Assembly: GCA_018883245.1 (NCBI GenBank)
Contig: VEQL01000011.1
Coordinates: 2,720-66,719, forward strand
Direction of reading: 5' to 3'
From: Chthoniobacterales bacterium
GTDB lineage: Bacteria; Verrucomicrobiota; Verrucomicrobiia; Chthoniobacterales; JACTMZ01
DNA: 64,000 bases
Under the pieces are notes generated by a model. That model had not been told where the DNA came from. It saw nothing but the letters and a program-made list of their open reading frames with translations, and made no database searches. A program made the position numbers and the translations under genes. Shown piece by piece: positions 19,277-28,976 of the stretch (position 1 is its first letter; every line of letters starts with the position of its first letter).

Positions 19277-20803
19277 TTATCCTAAACGCGCAAAATACGC
19301 GGTGACACCGGCGACAAGCCCTTCGATGCTGTGCGGATCGGCCTCGATCACGGGACGCACGCCGAACTCCGCGAGGGTTTTTGTCGTCACCGGCCCGATG
19401 CTCGCAAATTTCAGATCCGCTGCATAAGGGATCTTCTGAGTGAAAAAATTGCGCGCCGTCGAGGAGCTGGTGAAAACAGCGAGGTCGGCACCTTCCTCGG
19501 CAAGGCGTTCGCGGGCGCGGGTGCGGTCATCCGTTTCGGCGACCGTGCGGTAGGCGATCGCTTCATCAACGATCGCACCGAGCTTGTTGAGTCCCTCTGT
19601 CAGCCTGCCGCTGGTTTCTTCCGGCCGCACCACGAGAATTTTCACGTTCTCGACATCGGTGTGACGCCGGAAGGTTTCCACCAGCGACTCGGCGTGGAAG
19701 TTCTCCGCCACCAGATCCACATGGTAATGCTGAGCGCGTATGCGGTCGGCCGTGGCCGAGCCGACCGCGGCAAACCTCACTCCCCCGATTTCCCGCGCAT
19801 CGTCATAAAGCTTCCGGAAAAACTCGAAAAAGGCGTCCACACCGTTGGCGCTGGTGAAAACAATCCATTCGTAGGCGTGGGCGTCCTGGACGAGTTCGGC
19901 AAACTCGCGGAGGTCGTGCGGAGGATCCCGCCGGATGAGCGGCAGCTCGTAAACGTCGGCCCCGAGTGCGCGAAGCGCGCCGGAAAGCGCGGACGCCTGG
20001 GCGCGGCTGCGCGTGACGACAATGCGGCGGCCGAAAAGCGGACGGAATTTTGTCCAGGACATTTCCCCGGCCAAGGCGGCAACGTCGCCGAAAACCACGA
20101 CTGCCGGCGGCCGCAGATTTGCGGACTCGACCAGATCCGCGATGTCCGCCAGCGTCCCGCGCACGACGTTCTGGTCGCCCCGGGTGGCCCATCGCACGGC
20201 GGCGGCGGGCGTGGCGGGTGACGTTCCGCCGGCCACAAGGCACGCCGCAATACCGCGCAGATGTTCGACTCCCATGAGCATCACCTTGGTGCCGGGAGCA
20301 GCGCCGATGGCGCGATAGCTTGCCGCCGCTTCCGCACCGGACGGATCCTGGTGGCCGGTGAAAATCGTCAGCGCCGAATTCAACGTTCTCGCCGTGACCG
20401 GAATGCCCGCGTAAGCCGGGCCGGCGACGGCGGAGCTGACGCCGGGCACGACTTCGAAAGGCAATCCGGCGGAAGCGAGCGCCATGCACTCCTCGGCGCC
20501 GCGGGCAAAGACGAACGGATCCCCGCCCTTGAGCCGGACAACGCGTTTTCCCGCGGAAGTTTTTTCCACGAGAAGGCGGTTGATCTCATCCTGCGCCATG
20601 GCATGGTCACCGGATTTTTTTCCGGCATAAATCAGCTCCGCCTTTGCGGGGGCGAAGCCGAGAAGTTCGCGATTCACAAGATGGTCGTAGATCACGGTGT
20701 CGGCCGCTCCCAAAACCTCGCGGCCTCGCAGCGTCAGCAGCCCGACATCGCCCGGCCCTGCCCCGACGAGATGACAAATTCCCGATGTTTTTTCAGCTTT
20801 CAT
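19277..20803 (-). CDS. cobA: Bifunctional uroporphyrinogen-III C-methyltransferase / uroporphyrinogen-III synthase
   Basis: N-terminal SUMT motifs HLVGAGPGDVGLLTLRG and VVRLKGGDPFVFARGAEE. The C-terminal ~250 aa is HemD-like (RIVVTRSRAQASALSGALRALGADVYELPLI). The start overlaps the hemC stop by 11 nt. Confidence 0.85.
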   Translation of the reverse strand: MKAEKTSGICHLVGAGPGDVGLLTLRGREVLGAADTVIYDHLVNRELLGFAPAKAELIYAGKKSGDHAMAQDEINRLLVEKTSAGKRVVRLKGGDPFVFARGAEECMALASAGLPFEVVPGVSSAVAGPAYAGIPVTARTLNSALTIFTGHQDPSGAEAAASYRAIGAAPGTKVMLMGVEHLRGIAACLVAGGTSPATPAAAVRWATRGDQNVVRGTLADIADLVESANLRPPAVVVFGDVAALAGEMSWTKFRPLFGRRIVVTRSRAQASALSGALRALGADVYELPLIRRDPPHDLREFAELVQDAHAYEWIVFTSANGVDAFFEFFRKLYDDAREIGGVRFAAVGSATADRIRAQHYHVDLVAENFHAESLVETFRRHTDVENVKILVVRPEETSGRLTEGLNKLGAIVDEAIAYRTVAETDDRTRARERLAEEGADLAVFTSSSTARNFFTQKIPYAADLKFASIGPVTTKTLAEFGVRPVIEADPHSIEGLVAGVTAYFARLG

Positions 20804-21713
20804 TCAATCGACGCACGATTTCCCGGGCCAATTGCGCGGCATCGGCCCGTCCGCCCGAGAGCGTGGCATACTTCGGGGAACCGTCCCGCGCGTCAAACAT
20901 CATCGCCTCGATCGTTATCCTCGAACCCGCCAGCGTGGCGCGTGCACCGAGAGCCGCATGGCATCCTCCTCCGGAAAGGGCCAAAACTTCACGCTCGGCG
21001 GCAACGGCCTCGGCGGTGTCGGTATCGTGCAAAGGGCGCAATCTCTCCCCGCTCACCTCGTCGCCGGCCCTGATCTCCACCGCGACGGCACCCTGCCCGG
21101 GCGCAGGCAAAAAATTCGGGAGCGCGCCGCAGTGCAACGTTTCCCCTTCAAAGGAAAGGTTCCCGGTTGGCGCGTAGCCAAGGCGCTCGAGACCGGCGGC
21201 GGCAAGAATGACGGCATCGAATTCACCCGCGACGAGCTTGCGCAAACGCGTCGGCACATTGCCACGTATGCCCTCGGGCAGCACTTTCGGACGGTCGGCA
21301 AGAAGCATGGCGCGGCGTCTTGGACTTCCCGTGCCGACGCGGGCACCGTCGGCCAACGCGTCGAGACCGCCGGGTGTGCGCGAAACGAGGACATCGGCCG
21401 TTGCGGCGCGCGGCAGAATCGCGCCGAGGGCGAGGCCATCCGGCAAGCGCGTCGGCAAATCCTTGAGGCTGTGCACCGCCGCATGCGCCCTGCCCGCGAG
21501 CAATGCCTCCTCGAGTTCCTTGGTGAAAAGCCCTTTCTCCAGCCCTCCGAGCGTCTTCAGATCCGCATCCAGTCTGCGGTCGCCCGTGGTGCGAAGAACC
21601 ATCTCGCGAACGGCGAGATCCGGCCAGCAGGCCGAAAGCCGCGCCGCCGTATTGCGGGTCTGGGCCAGCGCAAGTTCGCTGCCGCGCGTGGCCAGGATGA
21701 AATCGCGGCTCAT
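20793..21713 (-). CDS. hemC: Hydroxymethylbilane synthase (porphobilinogen deaminase)
   Basis: LATRGSELALAQT...RTTGD. The start was trimmed to the ATG at 21713, which forms an ATGA overlap with the hemA stop. Confidence 0.9.
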   Translation of the reverse strand: MSRDFILATRGSELALAQTRNTAARLSACWPDLAVREMVLRTTGDRRLDADLKTLGGLEKGLFTKELEEALLAGRAHAAVHSLKDLPTRLPDGLALGAILPRAATADVLVSRTPGGLDALADGARVGTGSPRRRAMLLADRPKVLPEGIRGNVPTRLRKLVAGEFDAVILAAAGLERLGYAPTGNLSFEGETLHCGALPNFLPAPGQGAVAVEIRAGDEVSGERLRPLHDTDTAEAVAAEREVLALSGGGCHAALGARATLAGSRITIEAMMFDARDGSPKYATLSGGRADAAQLAREIVRRLNES

Positions 21714-22738
21714 GGATCGACGCGGCCTTGCCCCGCCCTTTGCCGGAGCCATTCGAAAAATGTCCGGACTTCGCCGGCGATCATTTCTTCACCGCGCGAG
21801 ATCTCCTGCTCGCGCAAATCCATGCCTTGGCGCGCCATGGCCTGCAGCGAGTCGAGGTCATGAAGGAAAATGCCCGGTAGCGAGTTGATTTCGGGATCGA
21901 GATCCCGCGGAACAGCGAGATCGAGGAGAAAAAGAGGACGGTCCCCGCGTTCCGAAGACACGCGGACGAGTTCTGCGCGCGAAAGCAGGCGACCCTGCGC
22001 CGCGGTCGAGGTTATGACAATATCCACATCCGAAAGCGCGGTTTTCCAATGGTCGAAGTGCAGCGCCATGCCGCCAAGCTCTGATGCGAGTTGAGCCGCG
22101 CGCTCGAAAGTGCGGTTGGAAATCACAAGGCTCCGCACGCCCCTGGAGCGCAGGCTCCGGGCCACGCGCTCGCCGGTCTCGCCGGCTCCGAGAAGCAAAG
22201 ACCGGCAGGATGCCAGATCACCGAAAATTTTCCCGGCCAACTCGACGGCCACGGAACCGACCGAAACCGAACCCCGTGTGATCGCGGTGACGCTGCGCAC
22301 TTCCTTGGCCACGCGAAAAGCTTGCTGGAAGAGACGATTGAGCGCGGATCCCGTGAGTCCGCTTTGCAGCGCTTCGGCATAAGCATCCTTCACCTGACCC
22401 AGCACCTCGGTCTCGCCCACGACCATCGAGTCCATGCCGCAGACCACGCGGAACAAATGCCGTGCGGTTTCCTCGTGCTCGCGGCGGTAAAACTCGGCGC
22501 GGATCCCGGCTTGGCGCTGCAAAAGTTCGGCGCAGGTGCTCGCGGCCTGCGCGGCATCCGGCGCGAGCCCGTAAACCTCGACGCGATTGCAGGTCGAGAG
22601 CAGCACGGCCTCGCGCAAACGCGCCTGCTCGCGCAGATCGGCGAGGATCGCCGCACGGCGCTCGTCCGCCACGGCAAAACGCTCGCGCAGCGCGACGCCC
22701 GCCGTGTGGTGGCTAAGACCAAGACAAAAGATTTCCAT
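21710..22738 (-). CDS. hemA: Glutamyl-tRNA reductase
   Basis: MEIFCLGLSHHTAGVALRERFA, LSTCNRVEVY, NADPH site GAGETGERVARSL. The ATG at 22738 shares one base with the upstream TGA (TGATG). Confidence 0.9.
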   Translation of the reverse strand: MEIFCLGLSHHTAGVALRERFAVADERRAAILADLREQARLREAVLLSTCNRVEVYGLAPDAAQAASTCAELLQRQAGIRAEFYRREHEETARHLFRVVCGMDSMVVGETEVLGQVKDAYAEALQSGLTGSALNRLFQQAFRVAKEVRSVTAITRGSVSVGSVAVELAGKIFGDLASCRSLLLGAGETGERVARSLRSRGVRSLVISNRTFERAAQLASELGGMALHFDHWKTALSDVDIVITSTAAQGRLLSRAELVRVSSERGDRPLFLLDLAVPRDLDPEINSLPGIFLHDLDSLQAMARQGMDLREQEISRGEEMIAGEVRTFFEWLRQRAGQGRVDP

Positions 22739-23529
22739 CAGTGCGCAAAATAACCTTTGAGTGCATACATCGCGGGCAGCGTGACCAAAGCCAGGGCAAA
22801 TGCCGCGCTGCACGCGATCGCGGCGCCGCGCGGACCGAGATACCTACGGCGCCACAGCGCGAGCACGCCCGCGTAAACAATCCACACCACAACCGAGGCG
22901 CCCGCCTTCCACCGGCCCACGGGCACACCGACCGGAAAACCCGCCAGGATGCCCGCGGTGAGAAGTCCCGTGCCGAACCAAAGCAGGCGACGCATCGCCT
23001 CGGTCAAAGTTGTCAGCGGCGGCAGAACGTGAAAAAGCGATCCCGGGACGCGCATTTTCAGCTGCTTCTCCTGCACGAGATACATCACGCCCGCGACACA
23101 GGCCAACCCGAGCACGCCGTAGGCCATCAGGCTCGTGGCGGCGTGCAACTCCAGCCACGCATCGGGCACACCGCGCGGGGCGGACGGCCGGTCCAGAGGC
23201 AGCACAGATGCCGCCAGCTGCAACGCGAGCACCAGCGGCGCGGTGAAAGCGCCGAGGAGGGAGATGCGGTAGGCGGTGCCAACGACCAGATAGGACAGGG
23301 CGATCGACCAGCTGAGAAAAACGAGAACCTCGAAAGAGTTTGTGATGGGGCAACGCCCGACCGCTTGGCCGCGCAGGTAAAGGAACGTGGTCTGCAAGAC
23401 GAACCCGGCCAGCATCGCGCCAAGGATGAAACGGCTGGCGCGGAATTTTCCCGCGCCCGACAAGACCAGCGAGTAGCCGGAGGCGAGAAGATAACAAAGC
23501 GTCGAGACCGCCAAAAAATAGCGTTCCAT
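22738..23529 (-). CDS. Cytochrome c assembly family membrane protein (CcsA/HemX-like), first gene of the hem operon
   Basis: 263 aa with about 8 hydrophobic helices. Its position directly upstream of hemA matches the hemA-hemX arrangement known from Firmicutes. The family was assigned by eye. Confidence 0.7.
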   Translation of the reverse strand: MERYFLAVSTLCYLLASGYSLVLSGAGKFRASRFILGAMLAGFVLQTTFLYLRGQAVGRCPITNSFEVLVFLSWSIALSYLVVGTAYRISLLGAFTAPLVLALQLAASVLPLDRPSAPRGVPDAWLELHAATSLMAYGVLGLACVAGVMYLVQEKQLKMRVPGSLFHVLPPLTTLTEAMRRLLWFGTGLLTAGILAGFPVGVPVGRWKAGASVVVWIVYAGVLALWRRRYLGPRGAAIACSAAFALALVTLPAMYALKGYFAH

Positions 23530-23619
23530 GGGCGGCCCAAATTATCGCCCCAGGCGGCACGGGGCAAGAAGGACGCAGATTCGACTGGCGCGCGCACGCT
23601 CGCCGTGCCATCAAACACC

Positions 23620-24117
23620 ATGCGAGTCGTCCTTCCCTGCGCGATCGCGGCCCTGCTCGTTGCAGGCTGCGCCACCGGACGCAAACTGCCGCCTTACGAA
23701 AAGCCCCTCAAGCCGGCGCCGGTGCAAAATGTGCGCACGACTGCCTACACGCACACGGAGTCGGATCACCGCAAGCACGGCAGGAGCACGGCATCCGGAA
23801 CGACCCTGCAACGGGGCAGCATCAACAGCGCGGCCGCCGACTGGTCGCGGTGGCCCTTGGGCACGAAGTTCCGCCTCGTGGAAACCGGCGAAGTTTACGA
23901 GGTCGATGACTACGGGTGGATGCTCGCCGGGACCAATACCATCGATCTTTACCAGCCGACCCGGGCACAAATGAACCGCTGGGGCGTGCGACGCGTGACG
24001 ATCGAAATCCTCGAATGGGGCGATCCGCAACGCAGCTACGCCGTGCTCAAGCCCCGCGAGAAGCACGCGCATGTGAGGCGCATGGTGCGACAGCTCGAAG
24101 ATCGCCACAACCTCTGA
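23620..24117 (+). CDS. 3D-domain (MltA/RlpA-like DPBB) lipoprotein
   Basis: Lipobox LLVAGC after MRVVLPCAIAA. TAYTHTESDHRKHGRSTASGTTL...AAADWSRWPLGTKFRLVETGEVYEVDDYG...IDLY matches the 3D-domain pattern. Confidence 0.7.
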   Translation: MRVVLPCAIAALLVAGCATGRKLPPYEKPLKPAPVQNVRTTAYTHTESDHRKHGRSTASGTTLQRGSINSAAADWSRWPLGTKFRLVETGEVYEVDDYGWMLAGTNTIDLYQPTRAQMNRWGVRRVTIEILEWGDPQRSYAVLKPREKHAHVRRMVRQLEDRHNL

Positions 24118-25406
24118 TGGGTGCGGGGCCAAAGCTGTCAGACGCCGCACGCATCCTCGTCGCGCTGGTTGTCGGTGCCATCGTCGGAGCAGTGGCGCCA
24201 TCCGGTGCGGGCATCGGAACGCTCACGGTGGGGGGAGTGCTCGGATTCATCGGCGACATTTTCCTCCGCCTGCTCCAAATGGTCGTCGTTCCCCTGGTCG
24301 CCACCTCGATCATCACCAGTGTGGCGGGCCTCGGACGCGACCACGCCTTCGGGCGACTCGGGCTCAAAACCCTCGCTTACTTCGCCACGACCACACTGCT
24401 CGCCTGTCTGCTCGCCCTGCTGATTTTCAACGCGGTCCAACCCGGACGCGTGGACAGCGAGGTCTCGTCGCGCCTTCTTGCAGCGGTGCCGGGAAACGCG
24501 GACAGCATTCGCGAGGGTCTGTCGGATCATTCGGCGGGCGATCTGGCCGATGTGGTGCTGCGCGTTGTTCCGGTGAACGTCTTCGGAGCGGCCACCCAGA
24601 ACCGGGAAATGCTCGCGGTCATTTTCTTTGCCCTGCTTTTCGGGTTCTTCACCGGTCGCCTGCCCGATGGCAGGCGCGAAGCATTCCAGTCGTTCTGGGA
24701 AAGCGCCAACGATGTGATGATGGCGATCACACACGCGGTGATGCGCGTGGCCCCGTTCGGTATTTTCGCACTCATGGCGCAAACCGTGCAGGCGGGAGGC
24801 GCGGCTGCCATCAAACCGCTGCTTCTCTTTTTCATCTGCGTGGCCGGGGGCCTGGCGGTCCACATGTTCGGCGTTCTCGCCGCGCTGATGCGCGTGTTCG
24901 GCGGCTTTTCGCCGTGGCAGCATTACCGCGCCATGCTGCCGGCGCTTCTCACGGCTTTCTCGACAGCCTCCTCGTCGGCGACACTTCCCGTCACTCTGGA
25001 ATGCCTGGAAAAAAACGCGCGGATCTCGCCGCGCGTCGCGGGCTTCGTCGCGCCCCTCGGTGCCACGGTGAACATGGACGGCACCGCGCTTTACGAGTGC
25101 GCCGTCGTGCTTTTCATCGCCCAGCTCTACGGCGTGAGCCTCGACTGGACGCAACAGGCGCTGGTCGCCCTGTTGGCCTTGTTGACCTCGGTCGGCGTGG
25201 CCGGTATCCCGGCCGCAAGTTTGGTGGCGATCGTGATCATCCTGCAAGCCGTCGGGCTGCCCTTGGAAGCGGTGGCCATCGTGATGGCAACCGACCGCAT
25301 GCTCGACATGATGCGCACCGCAGTGAACGTTTTCGGCGATACCTGCGGGGCCGCGATCATAGCGCGCAGCGAGGGTGAAAAGGTCTATCCGCGGGTTTCC
25401 GCCTGA
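24117..25406 (+). CDS. Dicarboxylate/amino acid:cation symporter (DAACS family)
   Basis: PLGATVNMDGTALYE, SSSATLPVTLECLEK and AGIPAASLV are conserved SDF/GltP family motifs. The ATG at 24117 overlaps the preceding TGA (TGATG). Confidence 0.85.
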   Translation: MGAGPKLSDAARILVALVVGAIVGAVAPSGAGIGTLTVGGVLGFIGDIFLRLLQMVVVPLVATSIITSVAGLGRDHAFGRLGLKTLAYFATTTLLACLLALLIFNAVQPGRVDSEVSSRLLAAVPGNADSIREGLSDHSAGDLADVVLRVVPVNVFGAATQNREMLAVIFFALLFGFFTGRLPDGRREAFQSFWESANDVMMAITHAVMRVAPFGIFALMAQTVQAGGAAAIKPLLLFFICVAGGLAVHMFGVLAALMRVFGGFSPWQHYRAMLPALLTAFSTASSSATLPVTLECLEKNARISPRVAGFVAPLGATVNMDGTALYECAVVLFIAQLYGVSLDWTQQALVALLALLTSVGVAGIPAASLVAIVIILQAVGLPLEAVAIVMATDRMLDMMRTAVNVFGDTCGAAIIARSEGEKVYPRVSA

Positions 25407-25445
25407 CAAATCGCCGGGCCGCGCTAGTTTGCGGTCAGGACAAAA

Positions 25446-25519
25446 CGGGGCGTAGCTTAGCTTGGTAGAGCGCCTGGTTTGGGACCAGGAGGTCGCAGGT
25501 TCAAATCCTGTCGCCCCGA
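25446..25519 (+). tRNA. tRNA-Pro (anticodon UGG)
   Basis: Manual cloverleaf: acceptor CGGGGCG/CGCCCCG, D-arm GCTT/GAGC, anticodon stem CCTGG/CCAGG with loop TTTGGGA, T-arm GCAGG-TTCAAAT-CCTGT, discriminator A. No CCA is encoded. Confidence 0.9.
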
Positions 25520-25535
25520 TTTCCTCCCGCGAAGC

Positions 25536-26321
25536 TCAGCGGAGATCGAGCAGTTTCCCGACAGCGACAGCGATCTCATCCAGCGCGGGGCCGACGGGAG
25601 TCTCTTTCAGCGGAATTTCCACGGGAATGTCGATGACCACTGGGATCGTGCCGACAATCTCCAGCGGTTCGGGGAACCCGACCAGTGCCCGCTGCTTGAT
25701 CGCGAGATCCAGATCCATCGCTTGATCCACCGGAACATCGAAACTCACCGGCACCTCCATCTCCTCGTGCAGGCTGAGCCGCACGGGGATTTTTCCGCTG
25801 ATCCGCAAATCCTCGGGAAACTCGACCTCCATTTCGTGGTCCAACGGAACGGACCCCTTGATGTTGAGCAGAGGCCGGAGAGGACTGGCCACGCGCCACT
25901 GGATGGGTTGGTCGATTTTGATGTTGGCACGCGCGCGGATTTTCGTTTTGTCGGCCGCCATCACCGCGCGGTCCACTTGCAATGACTCGTCGATCTTCAG
26001 TTCCACCGGCACCTTGAGCTTCTCGTCAACCTTCACACGAAGTTTGACCGGAAGCTTGTCGTGCACTTGGAGCGAAAGATCTATGCCGGTCGGTTTGACG
26101 ATTTCGATGGTCGCACGCATTTCCATGGGCTGGTTGACCCGGATGGTGGTCTTGATCGACTCGCCGGCGAGCCCGGTCAGGACAGAGGCGATTCCGCGCA
26201 GCCTGGTGTCTGCTACCGAGCGTGCACCCAAAAGGATGCCGGCCAGGACGAGGTTTCCCGCCAGGGCCAAAACGGCGGCAAGCAAAACGAAACGCGGGGA
26301 TTTCATCCGACCAAGAAACAT
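25536..26321 (-). CDS. Membrane-anchored hypothetical protein with reiterated short beta-strand motifs
   Basis: The start was trimmed to the ATG at 26321 (or 26306), just below the pabB stop at 26344. TM anchor PRFVLLAAVLALAGNLVLAGILLG. Repeated .P[VI].[LIV] units follow (KLPVKLRVKV, KLKVPVELKI, GKIPVRLSL, MEVPVSFDVPV, GTIPVVIDIPVEIPL). Confidence 0.5.
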   Translation of the reverse strand: MFLGRMKSPRFVLLAAVLALAGNLVLAGILLGARSVADTRLRGIASVLTGLAGESIKTTIRVNQPMEMRATIEIVKPTGIDLSLQVHDKLPVKLRVKVDEKLKVPVELKIDESLQVDRAVMAADKTKIRARANIKIDQPIQWRVASPLRPLLNIKGSVPLDHEMEVEFPEDLRISGKIPVRLSLHEEMEVPVSFDVPVDQAMDLDLAIKQRALVGFPEPLEIVGTIPVVIDIPVEIPLKETPVGPALDEIAVAVGKLLDLR

Positions 26322-26343
26322 CACTCTGGCAACGAAGCCAACA

Positions 26344-27444
26344 TCATCGACTTGAAAGAGCCGAGAAAAGCCCGGCGGCCTTGTGCATCGTCTCTTCATA
26401 TTCCGCCTCCGGATCCGAGTCGGCGACAATGCCGGCGCCCACTCCGAAGGTCGCGATGCCGCCGCGAACGACGAGAGTGCGGATCGCGATGTTGAAGATC
26501 GCGCGTCCATCGAAGCCGAAAAATCCGATCGCGCCCGTGTAGATACCGCGCGGAGAAGGCTCGAGTTCGGAAATGATTTCTCGCGCGCGCCTTTTCGGGG
26601 CACCGGTGATCGAGCCACCCGGGTAACAGGCGCGCAACGCCTGCAGGGCGGTCACCTCCGGGCGCAGCCGGCCCTCGACCGTCGAAACCAGATGATGCAC
26701 CTGGGCGAAACTTTCAAGCGCGCAAAGCGCGGTCACCCGGACGCTCCCGTAATCGCACACCTGCCCGAGATCATTGCGCTCGAGATCGGTGATCATGGTG
26801 AGTTCCGCACGTTCCTTCGGCGAGCGCAGCAGATCGCGCGCCGCCGCGCGGTCGGCATCCTGGTCGGAGCAACGCGGACGCGTTCCTTTGATCGGCCGGG
26901 TGACGATGTGCCGTCCGTCGATATCCAAGAAGCACTCCGGAGACGTGCTGAGCACCGTGGTGTCACCGAGGCGCAGAAAGCAAGAGAACGGTGCGGGACT
27001 GGTCGCACGCAACCGCGGATAAAGCGGACCTGCATCTCCAGTCCACGGCGCGCCGAGCGTGTGCGTGAGGTTCACCTGATAGATGTCACCCGCGGCAATA
27101 TATTCCTTAGCCACACCGACCCGGCGAACCCAATCCTCATGCGTCACACCGGGACGAAAGTCCGGCATTTGCACTGGCGCCGCACCTGCCGGAAGCGCAT
27201 CCCCACACGAAAACCACTCGGAAAAAACGCCGAAGCGGAAATTTCCTTCGTAATCGAACCACCCCGCCAGCCCGCCCGGTCCTTCTCGCCCGAGGTTCTC
27301 TTCGATGATTCCCCAGTCTTCCCAGGTGCCTTCGAGAATTTTCTCCGGTGCTGTCGCTGCACGGACGCCGTGACGGAAGCCGCCGCCGTCAAAGAAGGCC
27401 CCTTCTTCTCCTTGGAACAACAGACGCGAGAACGGATCCGGCAC
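26344..27444 (-). CDS. pabB: Aminodeoxychorismate synthase component I-like chorismate-binding enzyme (short form)
   Basis: PGGSITGAPKRRAREIISELEPSPRGIYTGAIGFF, FNIAIRT, GAGIVADSDPEAEYEETMHKA. Confidence 0.8.
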   Translation of the reverse strand: MPDPFSRLLFQGEEGAFFDGGGFRHGVRAATAPEKILEGTWEDWGIIEENLGREGPGGLAGWFDYEGNFRFGVFSEWFSCGDALPAGAAPVQMPDFRPGVTHEDWVRRVGVAKEYIAAGDIYQVNLTHTLGAPWTGDAGPLYPRLRATSPAPFSCFLRLGDTTVLSTSPECFLDIDGRHIVTRPIKGTRPRCSDQDADRAAARDLLRSPKERAELTMITDLERNDLGQVCDYGSVRVTALCALESFAQVHHLVSTVEGRLRPEVTALQALRACYPGGSITGAPKRRAREIISELEPSPRGIYTGAIGFFGFDGRAIFNIAIRTLVVRGGIATFGVGAGIVADSDPEAEYEETMHKAAGLFSALSSR

Positions 27445-27504
27445 GGGCCGATCTCAACCGGAAAGCGGTTCCATTTCAAGGGGCGGCGCGTTAAGGTGCT
27501 CCGC

Positions 27505-28182
27505 ATGGTCGGCCGGTGGTTCTATTTCGTTGCAGCGCTCGGTTTTCTCGTGACCTCCGCACCGCTGCGTGCGCAGGCGGTCCCGGCCGCGGACAAACCT
27601 GCCCCGAGCGCGGAGCTGATCACGGACGCCGAGCAGAGCGTCCTCAAGGAACCCGCCCTTGAGCCGGGCGAGGAACCCCTGCCGAAAATGGATTCGCCGC
27701 TGCCCGGCGAGGAAAACATTTTCGGCGATGATTTGTTCGGCACGGGGACAGCTTCTTCCGGCGGATACTCGCGATCCGCACCCCGCGTTCCCGCACGACT
27801 GCCGGTGCTCGAGGATCCGCGCGAAGCGGAAAGAAAAGCGCGCATCCGCCTTCGCAAATTGAAGGCGCGCATCGAGCAGGATCCCCGGCTCGTGGAGCTG
27901 CGGATGATGGCCGAGAAAGCCCCGGCTCCCGAGGATTACCGCGCGGCGAGACGCGCGTGGTATGCGCTCTTTTTCGACAAAGTCAGGCGGGCGGACCCGA
28001 GCCTCAAGGACTATGCGGACAAGCTCGAAAAGGAATCGGCGGCCGGGCTGTTCCAGACCCGCGTCGAACCGACATGGCCTCTGCGCGAGCCGCCGCTTCC
28101 GCAACCGCAGGCAAAGTTTGTTCCGCCGCAGCAATATCCCGGCGTTCTTCCCGCGGACGAAGAACCGGTGAGCGTGCGTTAA
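27505..28182 (+). CDS. Secreted hypothetical protein, Pro/Glu-rich
   Basis: An ATG at 27505 is in frame in track ORF 26383..28182. Signal-like MVGRWFYFVAALGFLVTSAPLRAQA. No family recognised. The 3' end overlaps the convergent HAD gene by 4 nt. Confidence 0.45.
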   Translation: MVGRWFYFVAALGFLVTSAPLRAQAVPAADKPAPSAELITDAEQSVLKEPALEPGEEPLPKMDSPLPGEENIFGDDLFGTGTASSGGYSRSAPRVPARLPVLEDPREAERKARIRLRKLKARIEQDPRLVELRMMAEKAPAPEDYRAARRAWYALFFDKVRRADPSLKDYADKLEKESAAGLFQTRVEPTWPLREPPLPQPQAKFVPPQQYPGVLPADEEPVSVR

Positions 28183-28976
28183 AAAACGATCGCCGGGAGT
28201 TCCCCGAGCGAGCGGATGGTGAAGTCCGGTTCGACCAGACCGACCGGCTCCTCTTCCCCTTCGAGCGCGAGCCAGCACGTGCGCAACCCCGCGCGCTTGC
28301 CGCCGACGATATCCCGCGCCAGCGAGTTGCCCACCATGAGGGTCTCCGCGGGTTGCGCCTGCAGTTTGTCCAGCAGATGATTAAAAATCGCCGGCTCCGG
28401 TTTCCCGGTGCCGATTTCACCGGAGACAACAGCGGCATCGAAATACATCCCGAGGCCGGAATGCTCGATTTTCTCGCGCTGCAGATCGGGAGCGCCATTG
28501 GTCAGCAACCCGATGCGCACACCGCCCGCTCTGAGCCGGTGGAGCACTTCCTCCGCGCCGGGCAACCGATCCTGCAACGTGCGCCGGCGCTGGCGGAAAA
28601 ATTCGCCCAAACGCTCCGCAAGATCGTTGTCTTCGACGCCCTCTTCGCGCAACGCCTCCCGCCAGATTTCAGCGCGGAACCGCGGCACCCATTCGCGCAG
28701 ATGGCGCAGATAATCCTCCTCGCCGTGAAAATGGCCCCACATTCCTTCGAAGGCCACGATCCCCAGGGCATCACAGCGCTCGACCGGCGCATGGGCATGC
28801 CAGAGCTTTTCAGCCGCGCTTTTGGCTGCTGCCGCAAGACGCCCCGCATCAGAACCGGTCTCCGCCGCGGCGAGCGCCGCCGTTTCCATGAGAGCCTGAC
28901 GCGAAACGCGTTCGTCCCACACCAACGTGTCATCGAGATCGAAGATCACGGCGCGGAATTTCACAACGGCATTCAA
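28179..28976 (-). CDS. HAD-IA family hydrolase/phosphatase
   Basis: Motif I VIFDLDDTLV, motif II LLTNG, motif III/IV GTGKPEPAIF...MVGNSLARDIVGGKRAG. Confidence 0.8.
   Translation of the reverse strand: MNAVVKFRAVIFDLDDTLVWDERVSRQALMETAALAAAETGSDAGRLAAAAKSAAEKLWHAHAPVERCDALGIVAFEGMWGHFHGEEDYLRHLREWVPRFRAEIWREALREEGVEDNDLAERLGEFFRQRRRTLQDRLPGAEEVLHRLRAGGVRIGLLTNGAPDLQREKIEHSGLGMYFDAAVVSGEIGTGKPEPAIFNHLLDKLQAQPAETLMVGNSLARDIVGGKRAGLRTCWLALEGEEEPVGLVEPDFTIRSLGELPAIVF

Noticed and set aside
19244-19280. A hairpin (GAACC...GGTTC with inner CCCG/CGGG) plus TGATTTTTAT between convergent pfkA and cobA-hemD
   Set aside because: The two stem options are mutually exclusive and short, and the T-run is partly the cobA-hemD stop region. 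It is too weak to call as a terminator with confidence.
20793-23529. The ccsA-like/hemA/hemC/cobA-hemD cluster with overlapping starts and stops, considered as something unusual
   Set aside because: The gene order and coupling are a standard tetrapyrrole operon layout (hemA preceded by a HemX/CcsA-like membrane protein). Nothing is unexplained.
25407-25535. tRNA-Pro as a possible integration hotspot for a genomic island
   Set aside because: No integrase or recombinase, no duplicated tRNA 3' segment, and no compositional break is visible on either side. The flanking genes are ordinary chromosomal genes.
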